Assembly (NCBI RefSeq): GCF_006345805.1
Contig: NC_042998.1
Location: forward strand, 65,782,001-65,846,000
DNA: 64,000 nt
Source: Octopus sinensis
Taxonomy: Eukaryota
Direction: 5' to 3'
Below the pieces are notes generated by a model, which did not search any database, was not told the DNA's origin, and saw nothing but the letters and a program-made list of their open reading frames with translations. This document shows positions 12,925 to 25,792 of the stretch, one piece after another (positions within the stretch are counted from its first letter, which is position 1; every line of letters begins with the position of its first letter). The translations under genes were made by a program, and so were the position numbers.

Positions 12925-13314
12925 GCAAGCTACTTACCATACAGCCGCTCCTGCGCCTATAAATAAATAAATATAGTTCCGGGTTCAGTCCCACTGTGTG
13001 ACACCTCGGGCAAGTGTCTTCTGCTATAGCCCCAGGCCGACCAATGCCTTGTGAGTGGATTTGGTAGACGGAAACTGAAAAAAGCCTGTCGTATATATGT
13101 ATATTTGTGTGTGCGTGTATGTTTGTATTTGTACCCCAGCATCGCTTGACAACCGATGCTTGTGATTTTACGTCTCTGTCACTTAGCGGTTCGGCAAAAG
13201 AGATCGATAGAATAAGTACTGGGCTTACAAAGAATAAGTCCTGGGGTCGATTTGCTGGACTAAAGGCGGTGCTCCAGCATGCCCGCAGTCAAATGACTGA
13301 AACAAGTAAAAGAG

Positions 13315-13318
<4 letters not shown>
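12925..13318 (+). mobile_element. SINE family A with an inverted 5' stub
   Basis: CCGGGTTCAGTCCCACTG B-box-like head, CTCGGGCAAGTGTCTTCT core and 3' AAATGACTGAAACAAGTAAAAGAG. The first ~35 bp are the head in reverse orientation. Confidence 0.85.
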
Positions 13319-13346
<28 letters not shown>

Positions 13347-13414
13347 ATATATATAATATATATATTATATATATATATATATATAATATATATAATATAT
13401 ATTAGTGAGGGAGA

Positions 13415-13451
<37 letters not shown>

Positions 13452-14254
13452 GGATAACTCCAGGTTACGAAACTTTAAAGCATCAAGAAATAGATTTGTT
13501 ATTCGTTGCTTACTACTATTGTTCAGTGAACATTTATGCATTAGTCGTATTTCACCTGGTAATCGGAATCAATTTTCTGGCTGATGTTCACCATAACTCT
13601 TTACCTCACATCCATGCGCCCATTTACACTCATTAGTATCTGCTGCTGACATTCAAGAAATCCTCGTGTCGTATGTATATGAAATATAAATTATTCTTGG
13701 ATTTGCTCAAACCATTATTAGTTTCACGGTTAATATACCACATTCTGCTCTATGTAAGACAACTTTTGAGAAACGTATCTCAAATGTATACTTTTTATGG
13801 ATGTTTTGATGTGATTTTAGATAATTTATGTACAACTGTATACAGCAACAAAATAATTACTATAAAATCTATTGTGAAGTAGACAACTGACAAAGAAACC
13901 TTGTTATATTTATGATTGCGTTTAAACTATTAACTTGAATAAAATGCATACTATTATTATCATCAATATTTTTTGCGGATGGCGATATCTAATAAAATCA
14001 GACAGCTCGACTGGAAAAATATGATAAAGGTATGTTCGACAAACCGATAAAAGATATACAAATATTCGTTTCCCTCATTAAAAAAATGTTCTTTTTTCTC
14101 TGTTTCATTGACTGAACTAAGCAGGTTCAATCATTTAGTGGCACGACAGAATAAATAAATATAACACATACACACACACGCACACAGATGCGGGCACACA
14201 CACAATCACACACAAAGGCATACACACACATATACCTTCAGATAAGTGGAATCG

Positions 14255-14620
14255 CTAGGGCCCAGTAGTTAGGGCAGCGGACTTGCAGTCGTAGGATGGG
14301 GGCTTCGATTCACAGACCGGATGATGTAAGTGTTTATTGAGCGAACAGTCCTAAAGCTCGATGAGACTCCGGTGGTGGTGGACTCTGATGTACTCTGTCA
14401 GCACAACTTTCACTCACTCTTTCTTCTTGTTCCTGTTGTACCTCTATTTCAAAAGGCCAGCCTTGTCACACTATGTGTCATGCTGAATCACCCCGAGAAC
14501 TACGTTAAGGGTACAATTAAAGTACCAGTTTCGCACTAGGGTTGATGTAATCGACTTCATCTATTTGTCTGTCTTTCTTTGTCCCCTCTATGTTTAGCTC
14601 TTTGTGGGTAGTAAAGAAAT
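14255..14620 (+). mobile_element. SINE family C joined to a family B 3' part
   Basis: tRNA-like head (GTAGTTAGGGCAGCGG...TTCGATTC), body CCAGCCTTGTCACACT...GAACTACGTTAAGGGTAC, then B tail. Confidence 0.7.
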
Positions 14621-14773
14621 ATATATATATATATATAATAATGAAGGGTGAAATTCCAAATGCTGTTTTTACTGAGATCTCCCTTTTTAGTAGAAGAAAT
14701 AGCTATAACCCTTGAGACTATTTCTAAATCGGTATGTGGTAAGGCAACTCGTTGCTAACCCTTATTGCTTAGT

Positions 14774-14863
<90 letters not shown>

Positions 14864-14876
14864 TATATATATATAG

Positions 14877-14907
<31 letters not shown>

Positions 14908-14917
14908 ATTATATATA

Positions 14918-14948
<31 letters not shown>

Positions 14949-14956
14949 ATATATAT

Positions 14957-15387
14957 ATTCATAGTTATATACATGTACATGTGTGTGTGAATGCATATAC
15001 ATACATATACCGAAACACACACACATACATATTTATAATGCGTGTTTTTGTAGGTGTGTCAATTTTATGTGTTTATAATTATGGTTACACCTCAAAATTT
15101 ATGGAATCCTTATCCTGTACTTGACGCTATGAAAATGAAAACAGAATGCTCCTCCTAGATGGAAAAATATGCACCAGGGAATTGATGTGGGGAAATAAAT
15201 TTAGTGAACATCATTATCTGTGAAATACTATTTCTTAAAGAGATTTCCTTGCATTTCAGAGGTAATAATTCAATTAGAAATTTACATGTCTGTAGGGCTT
15301 TAGGGAAAGAATTCATTATACATATAAACACATATATACCCCAACGCAATGCATATACGCGTATACATACACGAAAATACTCAGGTA

Positions 15388-15455
<68 letters not shown>

Positions 15456-15713
15456 GAGAGAGAGACAGAGAGATTCATAGATTCATAGATTCAGAATTTA
15501 GTATGGCATTATCCATACAATTTCAAAATAAGGTGATTAAAATCAAAATATCCAGTAATGCAGTAATGTAGTACGATCGTTTCATGCAGATCCATGAAGC
15601 GATGTGAGTTGCATGAAACGATCGTACTGCAATTTCTCTGGATGTCCTTGTCATTTATTTTGATTATATATATATAGTATATATATATATATATATATCT
15701 ATATATATATATA

Positions 15714-15766
<53 letters not shown>

Positions 15767-16295
15767 TTATATATATATATATATATATTATTATATATAT
15801 ATATATCTATATATATATATATATTATATAATATATATATATATTCATAGTTATATACATGTACATGTGTGTGTGAAGCATATACATACATATACCGAAA
15901 CACACACACATACATATTTATAATGCGTGTTTTTGTAGGTGTGTCAATTTTATGTGTTTATAATTATGGTTACACCTCAAAATTTATGGAATCCTTATCC
16001 TGTACTTGACGCTATGAAAATGAAAACAGAATGCTTCTCCTAGATGGAAAAATATGCACCAGGGAATTGATGTGGGGAAATAAATATAGTGAACATCATT
16101 ATCTGCGAAATACTATTTCTTAAAGAGATTTCCTTGCATTTCAGAGGTAATAATTCAATTAGAAATTTACATGTCTGTAGGGCTTTAGGAAAGAATTCAT
16201 TATACATATAAGCACATATATACCCCAACGCAATGCAGATACGCGTATACATACACGAAAATACTCAGGTATGGATATATATATATATATATTAT

Positions 16296-16349
<54 letters not shown>

Positions 16350-16555
16350 GAGAGAGAGACAGAGAGATTCATAGATTCATAGATTCAGAATTTAGTATGG
16401 CATTATCCATACAATTTCAAAATAAGGTGATTAAAATCAAAATATCCAGTAATGCAGTAATGTAGTACGATCGTTTCATGCAGATCCATGAAGCGATGCG
16501 AGTTGCATGAAACGATCGTACTGCAATTTCTCTGGATGTCTTGTCATTTATTTTG

Positions 16556-16560
<5 letters not shown>
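14957..16560. repeat. Two near-identical ~715-bp direct copies (14957-15668, 15844-16560) separated and flanked by (TA)n
   Basis: About 9 small differences seen by eye outside the TA tracts. Confidence 0.92.
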
Positions 16561-16617
<57 letters not shown>

Positions 16618-17223
16618 TATATGTATGTATATACACACATATATATATATATATATACATACATGCATGCATAAATACATTCCTAAATATATACACACAA
16701 ACATACACATATGCATACATATATATGTACAAGAGTGTGTGTATATATATGGTGCTACTCTGATAGGAATGTCCTAATTGAAAAAATTCATCTTAGCTAA
16801 ATATATGCATCTATGTGTACATGTGTGTGTTCGTATGTATGTATTTTTGTGCATGTATGTAAGTATCTAATTCGAAGACTAGAGATAAAGTCCATCACTG
16901 GAACTGTAACATTCTGTGCAACATTCTAGACCTGTATCATTTTAATATATATATATATATCAGCATATCTAGATATGCAGCTGTATGCATAAGAATGCAT
17001 ACATTCATACAGCAAAACATACAAATCTGCACACATGCATACATACATTTATACATATACACATACCTTGTTGGTGTTGAAATTCCAAAGAAAGAACCTT
17101 GAATCTAGGTTAGAAACTTTCTTTATTGGCAAGAAATCTTGAAATAAAACTGAATGACACACATACATACATGCGTGCATACACGCATGCACGGGTGCGC
17201 ACTAGGCCATGCATGTGAGTGTG

Positions 17224-17400
17224 CATGGCCTATTGTTTAGGGCGTTGCTCTTGTGATTGTGTGATCGAGGGTTCGAATCCCGTACATGGTGTACAGTCTG
17301 TGTTTAAGCTAAACATTTCGTTTCATGTTGCTGTAGGCTCCCTTCAACATTGTATGTGAGACACTCCGTGCACTAGTGAAATTAATGTGGACTTCATGGG
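17224..17400 (+). mobile_element. Degenerate tRNA-derived SINE head
   Basis: A-box-like TGGCCTATTGTTTAGG and B-box GGTTCGAATCCC; no complete cloverleaf. Confidence 0.5.
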
Positions 17401-18359
17401 GAGTGGGAGCTATAAATCATTTGTGAATGTTGTTCAGCAAAAATTGAAGTACCGCCATTCTCACATTCAAAGATACTAACATTATTTTCATGTGTACAGA
17501 TATGTATGTGATTGTGTGAGGGCGGTGCGTGTGTGTCTATGTTTGTGTTTGAGTTTGTGTGTGTATGTGTGTTAGTGTATGTGGTAGCAGCTGAGCCCTC
17601 CATATACTGGACCGTATGAGGGTTATGGGGTCACCGGAATTGACCGGCATGATTGAGCATCGTTCCACGGAAATGGGACAACACTTGCAAGGTCACTTAT
17701 TTGGCTTGACTGAATTATCTGCTAGCCATTGCACATTATCCCTAACCATTAGACTGTGATTTCGCAGATTAATTTCAGTGTTCATTAGAATTCTCAGCAA
17801 ACTGCTTATAAATCCTCGCGTGTCAACTTTAAATCTCCAAAATGTTAGGACCGATAAATTATGTGCCAGTCCCTCAGTGCCGCATCATATATTTTTGTTT
17901 GCATTTTTATGCTGCATGATACGTTACTATATTGCAGAAAAATATGTACTTCGAAAGTCATCCAATCATTAGAGATCTCCATTATCAGCCAAAGGCGCAA
18001 TTCAATTGTCGCATCAAACTGGCCATAACAATTAAGCGGAAGGTCACTCCATGGAGTAAGATAAAATTTAAAGCAGTTAATATCCAAATATGCTCTTCCA
18101 TTTTTGAAATTCTTTTGTATGAATTTAAAGTAATTGTCTGTTCTCCATCACATGATGATGTTGCTCTTACACTGCATCAATTGCAGGTTTGTAGGAATGC
18201 AATGAAAAATAAACCTAACGTGTGACATTTGAATCACACTACGCAGTTTGGAATCAGGAAGCGATTAAAGAAATCCAGTAGCGCTACTGAAAGAAGTTGT
18301 TGATTCTGTGAATGTGAGATTATATAATAATCTGCAATTGAATGCTATATTCTTTACTC

Positions 18360-18762
18360 TCTTTTACTTGTTTAAAGTCATTTGACTGCGGCCATACTGG
18401 AGCACCGCCTTTAGTCGAGCAAATCGACCCCAGGACTTATTCTTTGTAAGCCTAGTAATTATTCTATCAGTCTCTTTTTGCTGAACGGCTAAGTTACGGG
18501 GACGTAAACACACCACCATCGGTTGTGAAGCAATGGTGGGGGGGGGGACAAACACAGACACACAAACATATACACACATACATATATATACATATATACG
18601 ACGGGCTTCTTCCAGTTTCCGTCTACCAAATCCACTCAGAAGGCTTTGGTCGGCCCGAGGCTATAGTACAAGACACTTGCCGATGGTGCCACGCAGTGGG
18701 TATGAACCCGGAACCATGTGGCTGGTAAGCAAGCTACTTACCACAGAGCCACTCCTGCACCT
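18360..18762 (-). mobile_element. SINE family A, essentially full length
   Basis: Head (rc AGGTGCAGGAGTGGCTCTGTGGTAAGTAGCTTGC), internal microsatellite and 3' tail all present. Confidence 0.92.
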
Positions 18763-18931
18763 ATATTTACTATATCTAATTAATGGTGAGTCGTGATCGA
18801 TATGCAGTTTTACATCAGTGTCCAATATTCATCAAACTTATATTTATATATATTTATGTTGCAGTGACGTAATTCGAAGTATCACAAACATCAATATATT
18901 TCTTTGAAGTATATGATGATATCCATTCTAC

Positions 18932-19003
18932 CTGCAACATTTTAATTCCACCAATGCCAAATATTTATCTGACGGTATATCTAGGACAATTTTGTCAAAT
19001 ACG
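18932..19003 (-). CDS. Candidate 72-nt internal exon, unknown product
   Basis: Acceptor ttttcacatag; open frame VFDKIVLDIPSDKYLALVELKCC; donor CAG|gtagaa; phase 2-2. Short enough to arise by chance. Confidence 0.2.
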
Positions 19004-19317
19004 CTATGTGAAAATTAGAGATATTAAGCAGCGAAATATGGTACAATCTGTAACGTATGCGTGAGTATATTGATTTAAACCTTTTAGCATTTAAATCTGA
19101 TATTCACTCGTTAGATCTAAACATAGGAGTATTGTTTGAGAGTGGATTTTGAATGACGGATGTTATTAGTCTAAAGCAAAATGTCGATTGTAATTGAAAT
19201 CCGATTATTTCCCCGGCCTATTACAGTTCTATCCGTGTTACGTTAACACGTAACCCAATTTCAACAAGTTGTACACCATTTGCTAACATATTTTGGTTAA
19301 ATTTATTCTTTCTTATA

Positions 19318-19917
19318 GCTTTACTGCCCACAGGAGCTACACACGGAGGGTACAAACAAAGACAGACAAATGGGTTAAGTCAGTTATATCGACCCAGTGC
19401 ATAACTGGTACTTATTTAGTGGACCCCGAAAGGATGAAAGGCAAAGTCGACCTCGGCGGAATTTGAACTCAGAACGTAGTGGCAGATGAAATACATATTT
19501 CTTTGCTACCCACAAGGGTCTAAACATAGAGTGGACAAACAAGGATTAAGTAGACAAACAAGGGATTAAGTCGATTACATCGACTCCAGTGCGTAACTGA
19601 TACTTAATTTATCGACATCGAAAAGATGAAAGGCAAAGTCGATCTCGGCGGAAATTGAACTCACAACGTAACGGCAGATGAAATACCTATTTCTTTACTA
19701 CCCACAAGGGGCTAAACACAGAAAGGACAACAAGGACAGACAAACGAGTTAAATCGATTATATCGACCCCAGTGCGTTACTGTTAGTTATTTAATCGACC
19801 CCGAAAGGATGAAAGGCAAATTCGACCTCGGCGGAATTTGAACTCACAACGTAATGCAGACGAAATACGGCTACGCATTTCACCTAGCGTGCTAACGTTT
19901 CTGCAAGCTCGCTGCCT
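19318..19917 (-). mobile_element. SINE family B, one head plus three tandem body units
   Basis: GGCAAA(G/T)TCGA at about 19440, 19632 and 19815; head only at the right end. Confidence 0.88.
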
Positions 19918-20657
19918 GAAGTTTAATCTTTCGGCTGATCGAAAAACCTCAAGGAAATGCACGACCTCCTTGGTGATTTCTTCTCATTTCTAGTATGCAT
20001 ATTGTACTACAGGCCTAAAGTGTATAAACTGCACTTTTAAAATGTGTACTTTTGTTTTACAACTGTAGATTATGATTAGTGATACATTGATATATTTGAG
20101 TTTTATTCTTGCCATGTTAAGCAGCCGTACAGGTACCCATTTATTAAACGAATAATCTGGGGAAATACATACTGAAAATTATCATGATCCTCGTTCGTTC
20201 TTATCTAATAAGATATTATTAGATATAACTACAGAGTGTACGTATGTCGCTTTATGATTGCAGGATATTTATATAATTATTATATATACCTACACAATTT
20301 ATTACATTCTAAATTAAATGAAATATATATGTGTCTTGTAATAGGGAAAACTATTTAGATAATGAGAATAAGGCTTACAAGCTATATCAATGTAAGAAAC
20401 ATAAGCCATGCTTGGCTTAGGATCCTGTATATGAGGAAAATTGAATGTCGATCAATAAACCTGGATATTACAAGTGAATATATGATACTACACGTGAAGC
20501 GCAGCAGTTAAGGAGTTAATAGTTAAAAATGGCTTAAGGGAATAGTGTCTGTCATTGTTTTGTTAATAGGATAAAACATATATCAAGCGGAAGTATATAG
20601 ATTTGTTACAACTGTCGAAAAATACATGCCAGTCCCAATATATTAAACCATAGCTTT

Positions 20658-21015
20658 TCTATTCTAGGCACAAAGACATACATTTCTGTGGAAGGGGCTA
20701 GTCGATGACATCGACCCTAGTACGCAACTGGTATTTAATTTATCGAGCCGAAAGGATGAAAAGCAAAGTCGACCTCGGCGGAATTTGAACTCAGAACTTA
20801 CTGAGACGAAATTCCTATTTCTTTACTACCCACAAGGGGTTAAACACAGAGAGGACAAACAAGGACAGACAAAGGGATTAAGTCGATTACATCGACCCCA
20901 GCGCATAACTGGTACTTAATTTATCGACTCCGAAAGGATGAAAGGCAAAGTCGACCTCAGCGGAATTTGAACTGAGAATGTAGCGGCAGGCTAAATACCA
21001 CTAAGCATTTCGCCC
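20658..21015 (-). mobile_element. SINE family B, two tandem units
   Basis: Family motif at about 20762 and 20943. Confidence 0.85.
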
Positions 21016-21180
21016 AGAGGTATTTCGTATGTCCCTACGCTCTGTATTCAGATTACCCTGAGGTCGACTTTGCTTTCATCATTTCGGAGTCGATAAATAA
21101 AGTACCAGTGGCATACTGAGGTAGATATAATCGACTGGCCCCTCCCCCAAAATTTAGGACATTGTGCCTACAGTAGAAAC
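21016..21180 (+). mobile_element. SINE family B
   Basis: GAGGTCGACTTTGCTTTCATCATTTCGGAGTCGATAAA. Confidence 0.8.
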
Positions 21181-21261
21181 GAATATATTGATCCATATAT
21201 CACAGAAAATTACTTTTTAGATATCAATTCAATCCAATGCAAATATAGCAATCTCAACAAT

Positions 21262-21419
<158 letters not shown>

Positions 21420-22035
21420 GTGGGTGACTTAGTGGTAGGGAATTTCGTCTCGCGGTTGTAACGCCGTTTGTTCAATTCCTGGCGACGCATTGTGTCCTTC
21501 AGCAAGACACTTTATTTCACGTTGCTTGAGTCCACCCAGCTGGCAAAAATGAGTAGTACCTGTATTTCAAAGTGTCAGCCTTGTCACACTCTGTGTTATG
21601 CTTAATCTCCCTGAGTACTACGTTAAGGATACAGGTGTGTGTGGCGTGCTCGGTCACTTGCACGTTAATTTTACGAACAAGCTATTCAGTTGATCGTATC
21701 AGCTGGGACCCTCGTCGTCGTAACTGACGGAGTGCTCCTATGTATGTGTGTGTGTGTGTCCTAGTTGTCAGGACAGTGGACACGCGGTAGTAGGATCGTG
21801 GTTTCGATTGCCAGACTAGGTGTTTTGAATTTTTATTGAGCGAAAACAGCTAAAGCTCCACGAGGCAGCGGCAGGTTGGGGTGAACACAGCTGTACTCTT
21901 TCACCACAACTTTCTTTCACTCTCTTTTCCTGTTTCTCTTGTACCTGTATTTCAAAGGGCCAGACTTATCCTATACTGTGTCACGCTGAGCTGTTGCTCA
22001 GGCTGTTGCGTTGATCGGATCAAATGAAACCCTGG
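21420..22035 (+). mobile_element. Two adjacent SINE family C copies (about 21420-21735 and 21770-22035)
   Basis: tRNA-like heads and shared body CCTGTATTTCAAAG...CAGCCTTGTCACACTCTGTG...CTACGTTAAGG. Confidence 0.75.
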
Positions 22036-22954
22036 TTGAGAGAGACAGACAGACATATAAGGTAAACAGATAGATAGAGAGATAGATAGATAGATAGATA
22101 GGAACAAATTATGCATTGATATACCTTAAATTTAGGTTAGCATATACTTAAAATCATATATGTTGTGGACTTGAAGTTACAATGAATGTAATATAAAATT
22201 TGAATGCACACTTCTGCTTCTAGGCAACAGTTAATTTCGTCCTGCTGAACAATCATTTTCATGTGATATCACTTACTAATTAAAAGTCTCTAATTAAGTG
22301 AATTGTTTATGTTAAGAGAGAAAATTAAATACTGATTGGAAGTAATTAAATAAGTCTGTGCTAGAATGCTCCAAATAATCCGAACGGTGTTATTGTAATG
22401 TGTTTAATTAAGATGTGTATTAATATATAACGGTGTCGGTCAAATGTAAGTTTCTACTGAAATATATTTTTATTTAATTAATTTTCCTCTTTATAATAAA
22501 AGAAAAACACGTTTTTTATAAACGAATATATTGTTGTTTACAAGAGGCAAATGGACACTTAAGATTAGAAAACGATAGCAACGTGTATAGTTTATAAAAT
22601 TTTTGAATTTTCCTTAAACATGCGAATTATTTTTCGTGCAATTCTAAAATAATTTATGAGAAAACTTTTACGGACGGAAGATATGGGACAATATAAATTC
22701 TATGTTTAATCTAAACGAATTCAGGAGTATATAAGTTAAAGGAAGGGTGGTTTGCAAACGCTTTTATATTTAGAAATGATCAAAGTATTGATTTACATTC
22801 GCTTCTAAATATAATGATACTCTGGTACAAACTGCAAATATGTAACTTGGACAGAAGTGAAGTTATCTTGCATAGAATTATTCGTATTCAAAATGTGTCA
22901 CCGCTGTAAAATGTCCATGCGATTCCATAGTACACTAGCACACAGGTCAAAAAT

Positions 22955-23360
22955 ATTCTTTTCTACTCTAGGCACAAAGTCCGAATTTTGGTGGGAGGGG
23001 GACCAGTCGATTAGATCGCGGCTCCGAAAGGACGAAAGGCAAAGTCGACTTCAGCGGAATTTTAATTCAGAACGTAAAGACAGACGAAATATCGCTAAGC
23101 ATTCCGCCCAGTGTGTTAACGTTTCTTATTTTTTTATTTCCCACAATGGGCTTAACATAGAGGGGACAAACAATGACAGACAAAGGGATTAAGTTGATTA
23201 CATCGACTCCAGTGCGTAACTGGTACTTATTTTATCGACCCCGAAAGGTTGAAAGGTAAAGTCGACCTCGGCGGAATTTGAACTCAGAACGTAACGGCAG
23301 ATGAAATCCCGCTAAACATTCCGCCCAGCGTGCTATCCTTTCTGCCAGCTCGCCGCCTTC
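22955..23360 (-). mobile_element. SINE family B, two units
   Basis: Family motif twice; head rc AAGGCGGCGAGCTGGCAGAAAG at about 23340-23360. Confidence 0.85.
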
Positions 23361-23678
23361 AGGTTAATAAATATTAACATAAAGCAAGGCTTGCTCAGGT
23401 ACGCTCAGATAGACTGACATATGTGTGCGTGGTTATGTATGCACACATTTATACTTGCATACACACACATGCTTATATATGTCTGTGTTTGTGTGTAAGT
23501 CTGTTCCTTGTCTTTATTAATTTCTGAACATACACAGACGTCTAGTCTCTGAGGCTACATACTTCCTTACAGACATATAGTATGGTCGATTGTTTTGAAA
23601 CTGGCTGCAGTTACCTTCCTCTAATCTAAAGAGAATTTTAGATATTCTTTTCTACGGGGCCAGTCGATTAGACACCCG

Positions 23679-23778
23679 AAGACACCTAATGAAGGCTGGA
23701 GGGTATATCAGCCGAAATGTTGTGTTAACAACAAATAAGATGAGGAAAAATGTCCGTCTAATGTAGATAATGTAAATG
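23679..23778 (+). mobile_element. SINE family H tail with a mutated hammerhead
   Basis: GACAC-CTAATGA-A-GGCTG..CAGCC-GAAA-TGTT-GTGTT; two core substitutions relative to the copy at 62172-62217. Confidence 0.8.
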
Positions 23779-24238
23779 ATGGACTGTTCTTGGGTGACCG
23801 TCTCCGAACAATAGACGAACTTGTTCATATGACTGGTGTATCATGGAGCTCCTGTGAACGAATTTTGGCCGATGAATTACGAATGAAAAGAGATGCTGAA
23901 AAATCTGTGCCCTGCTGGCTCATTGAAAATCAAAATCAGAGTCGATTGAGTGCGTGTCGTGAGCTGAAAGATCAACTGGAAGAAGTTAATCCGCATGTTT
24001 TTTCGAAGGTCATGACTAATGACGAAAGCTGGTGCTATGGAATTTTAAGATGTGGAAGAGATGAAAGAAAAAAAAAAGACGGTGGCGTTACGGAGCAACA
24101 ATTTGCAAAAGTTCCAACACTGCTTCGAACAGGGGAAAACGCACCTGCACCGATGCATTACTTCAAACGGGGAATTTGAAAACTATGGGAATAAAGCAAT
24201 ATTGCAAAATTCCAGTTCCTTTTAAATACCCTCTCGTA
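23779..24238 (+). mobile_element. Internally deleted mariner transposon
   Basis: RTIDELVHMTGVSWSSCERILADELRMKR...SKVMTNDESWCYG (HTH and first catalytic D), then jumps to the C-terminus. Ends in a TIR, rc TACGAGAGGGTATTTAAAAGG. Confidence 0.9.
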
Positions 24239-25482
24239 TATATATGTCTGTTTGTGTGTGTTTGTGTGTTTGCATCTAGTTTAGTATATGTCTCCGCTCA
24301 CTCTGATGCAACCTACATTCACTTTCTTTATCTTCACCTCGTTGTAACCTTGTAATTTCGGCAGAAAGCACCCTCAGAATAAATATCAAACTTAAAACCA
24401 AGTACTGCCAGAAGGATGTGCTCCAGTATGACCGTGGTTCAATCGCTGAGCAAATAAAGATATAACGATAGAAATGCTTTTATACAGACACAAATGAATT
24501 TCATATTCACACTTTTTTTTCCGGAAAAGCTAGATTTCCGAATAATCTGCCCCATTATCTTCCTGCATAATATGAAATTGATCTCCTTATATTAATTGTT
24601 AATAAACATGCTCCCTAATATCGGTTCCTTCATTCATATTAATAATTTGTGTATTGACATTCCATTTAATATCCTTATGTTATCGCATTATTTATTATGC
24701 CATTTGCAATATTTACCTGCCATTTGCAATATTTACCTGCCATTTGATCTGCCATCAGTGGTTTTATTACAACTCTATTACATACTTTTATTACAATTTC
24801 ATCGTGTTTTTTTTATTATTTATCCATTACTTTACGGTATTATTTTATTCACTCTTTAATGACTGAGGTATGTTATGTGTAGTAATATTGTGGTATTTGA
24901 AGTCACATTTTCCTTTTTCATACTCATTTAATAAGATGTGGCCTATAGCCCTACATAGAGACATTTTCTATTACAGGACAACTAGCGAAAAAATACGTTG
25001 TATTTAATGACTATAAACATATAGTATTTAGTTTTGGCATTAACAGCTTTTTAAAGTGGCCGTTAAAAGATTCGGGCAATATATAGACACATTTAATTTA
25101 GAAAGAAAAACATTAAGCCTAAACTGACAATTTGCTCATCATATGGCTGAGGTCTTTTGTTTTTTTTATGCACTCTAATTATTCTTTTGTGAAAATGACC
25201 AAATATTAGCACCTGTACAATAATAATAATAATAGGTGATATCTGCTATCAGAACAGAATGGCAATAATCAATCCCCTTATATTTGACACATGAGTCTCA
25301 CTAAAATTCCAAGAGCGTTAGCGAATACCTCGCGTCCATGAAGACTGCCGAAAGTGTAAACGAAGCCTAAGTTGTTTCTAAGACAAGAAAAATAAGAGCA
25401 TTATTTCCGATGTATCATTTTCCAATAATAATTTGGAATCTAGAAGCAAGATTTGTAATTTAAGGGAGTGAGGATTACTTAC

Positions 25483-25792
25483 TTTCATCTACTTCCGGTA
25501 GATAAGTAGCATTGTACATTATCAACTTCGACGAATAGAAAAGCAAAGTCGACATAGCAGATTTTGAATTCATAATGTAAAGAGTCGGAACAAATAGAGA
25601 AAATGATTCTTTCAATGTTATAACCACTCTGCCATCTTTTAGCAATTCCTCCTCTCGGATATTCGCGCAAAAATACGATTTGGTTGCATTGATATATAAC
25701 ATCACTAGACGATATCCAGTGAATAATGTATCGCCTTTATATGATATTTCATATAACCAATGGATTCGATGGTATACAAAATTAACCTTGCT
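25483..25792 (-). CDS. Candidate exon, possibly fibronectin type III-like
   Basis: 105-codon stop-free frame in unique AT-rich DNA; a GTAAGT donor (phase 1) falls just before its stop. Peptide ...RIHWLYEISYKGDTLFTGYRLVMLY...FVPTLYIM.... No strong acceptor located. Confidence 0.35.

Noticed and set aside
17778-18225. ORFs of 64-97 aa in unique sequence
   Set aside because: No recognisable motif or convincing splice pair.
19318-19917. CRISPR-like repeat array
   Set aside because: Units are ~185-bp SINE bodies with no unique spacers, in eukaryotic context without cas genes.
24698-24746. 20-bp tandem duplication; similar at about 60972-61010
   Set aside because: Ordinary slippage products.
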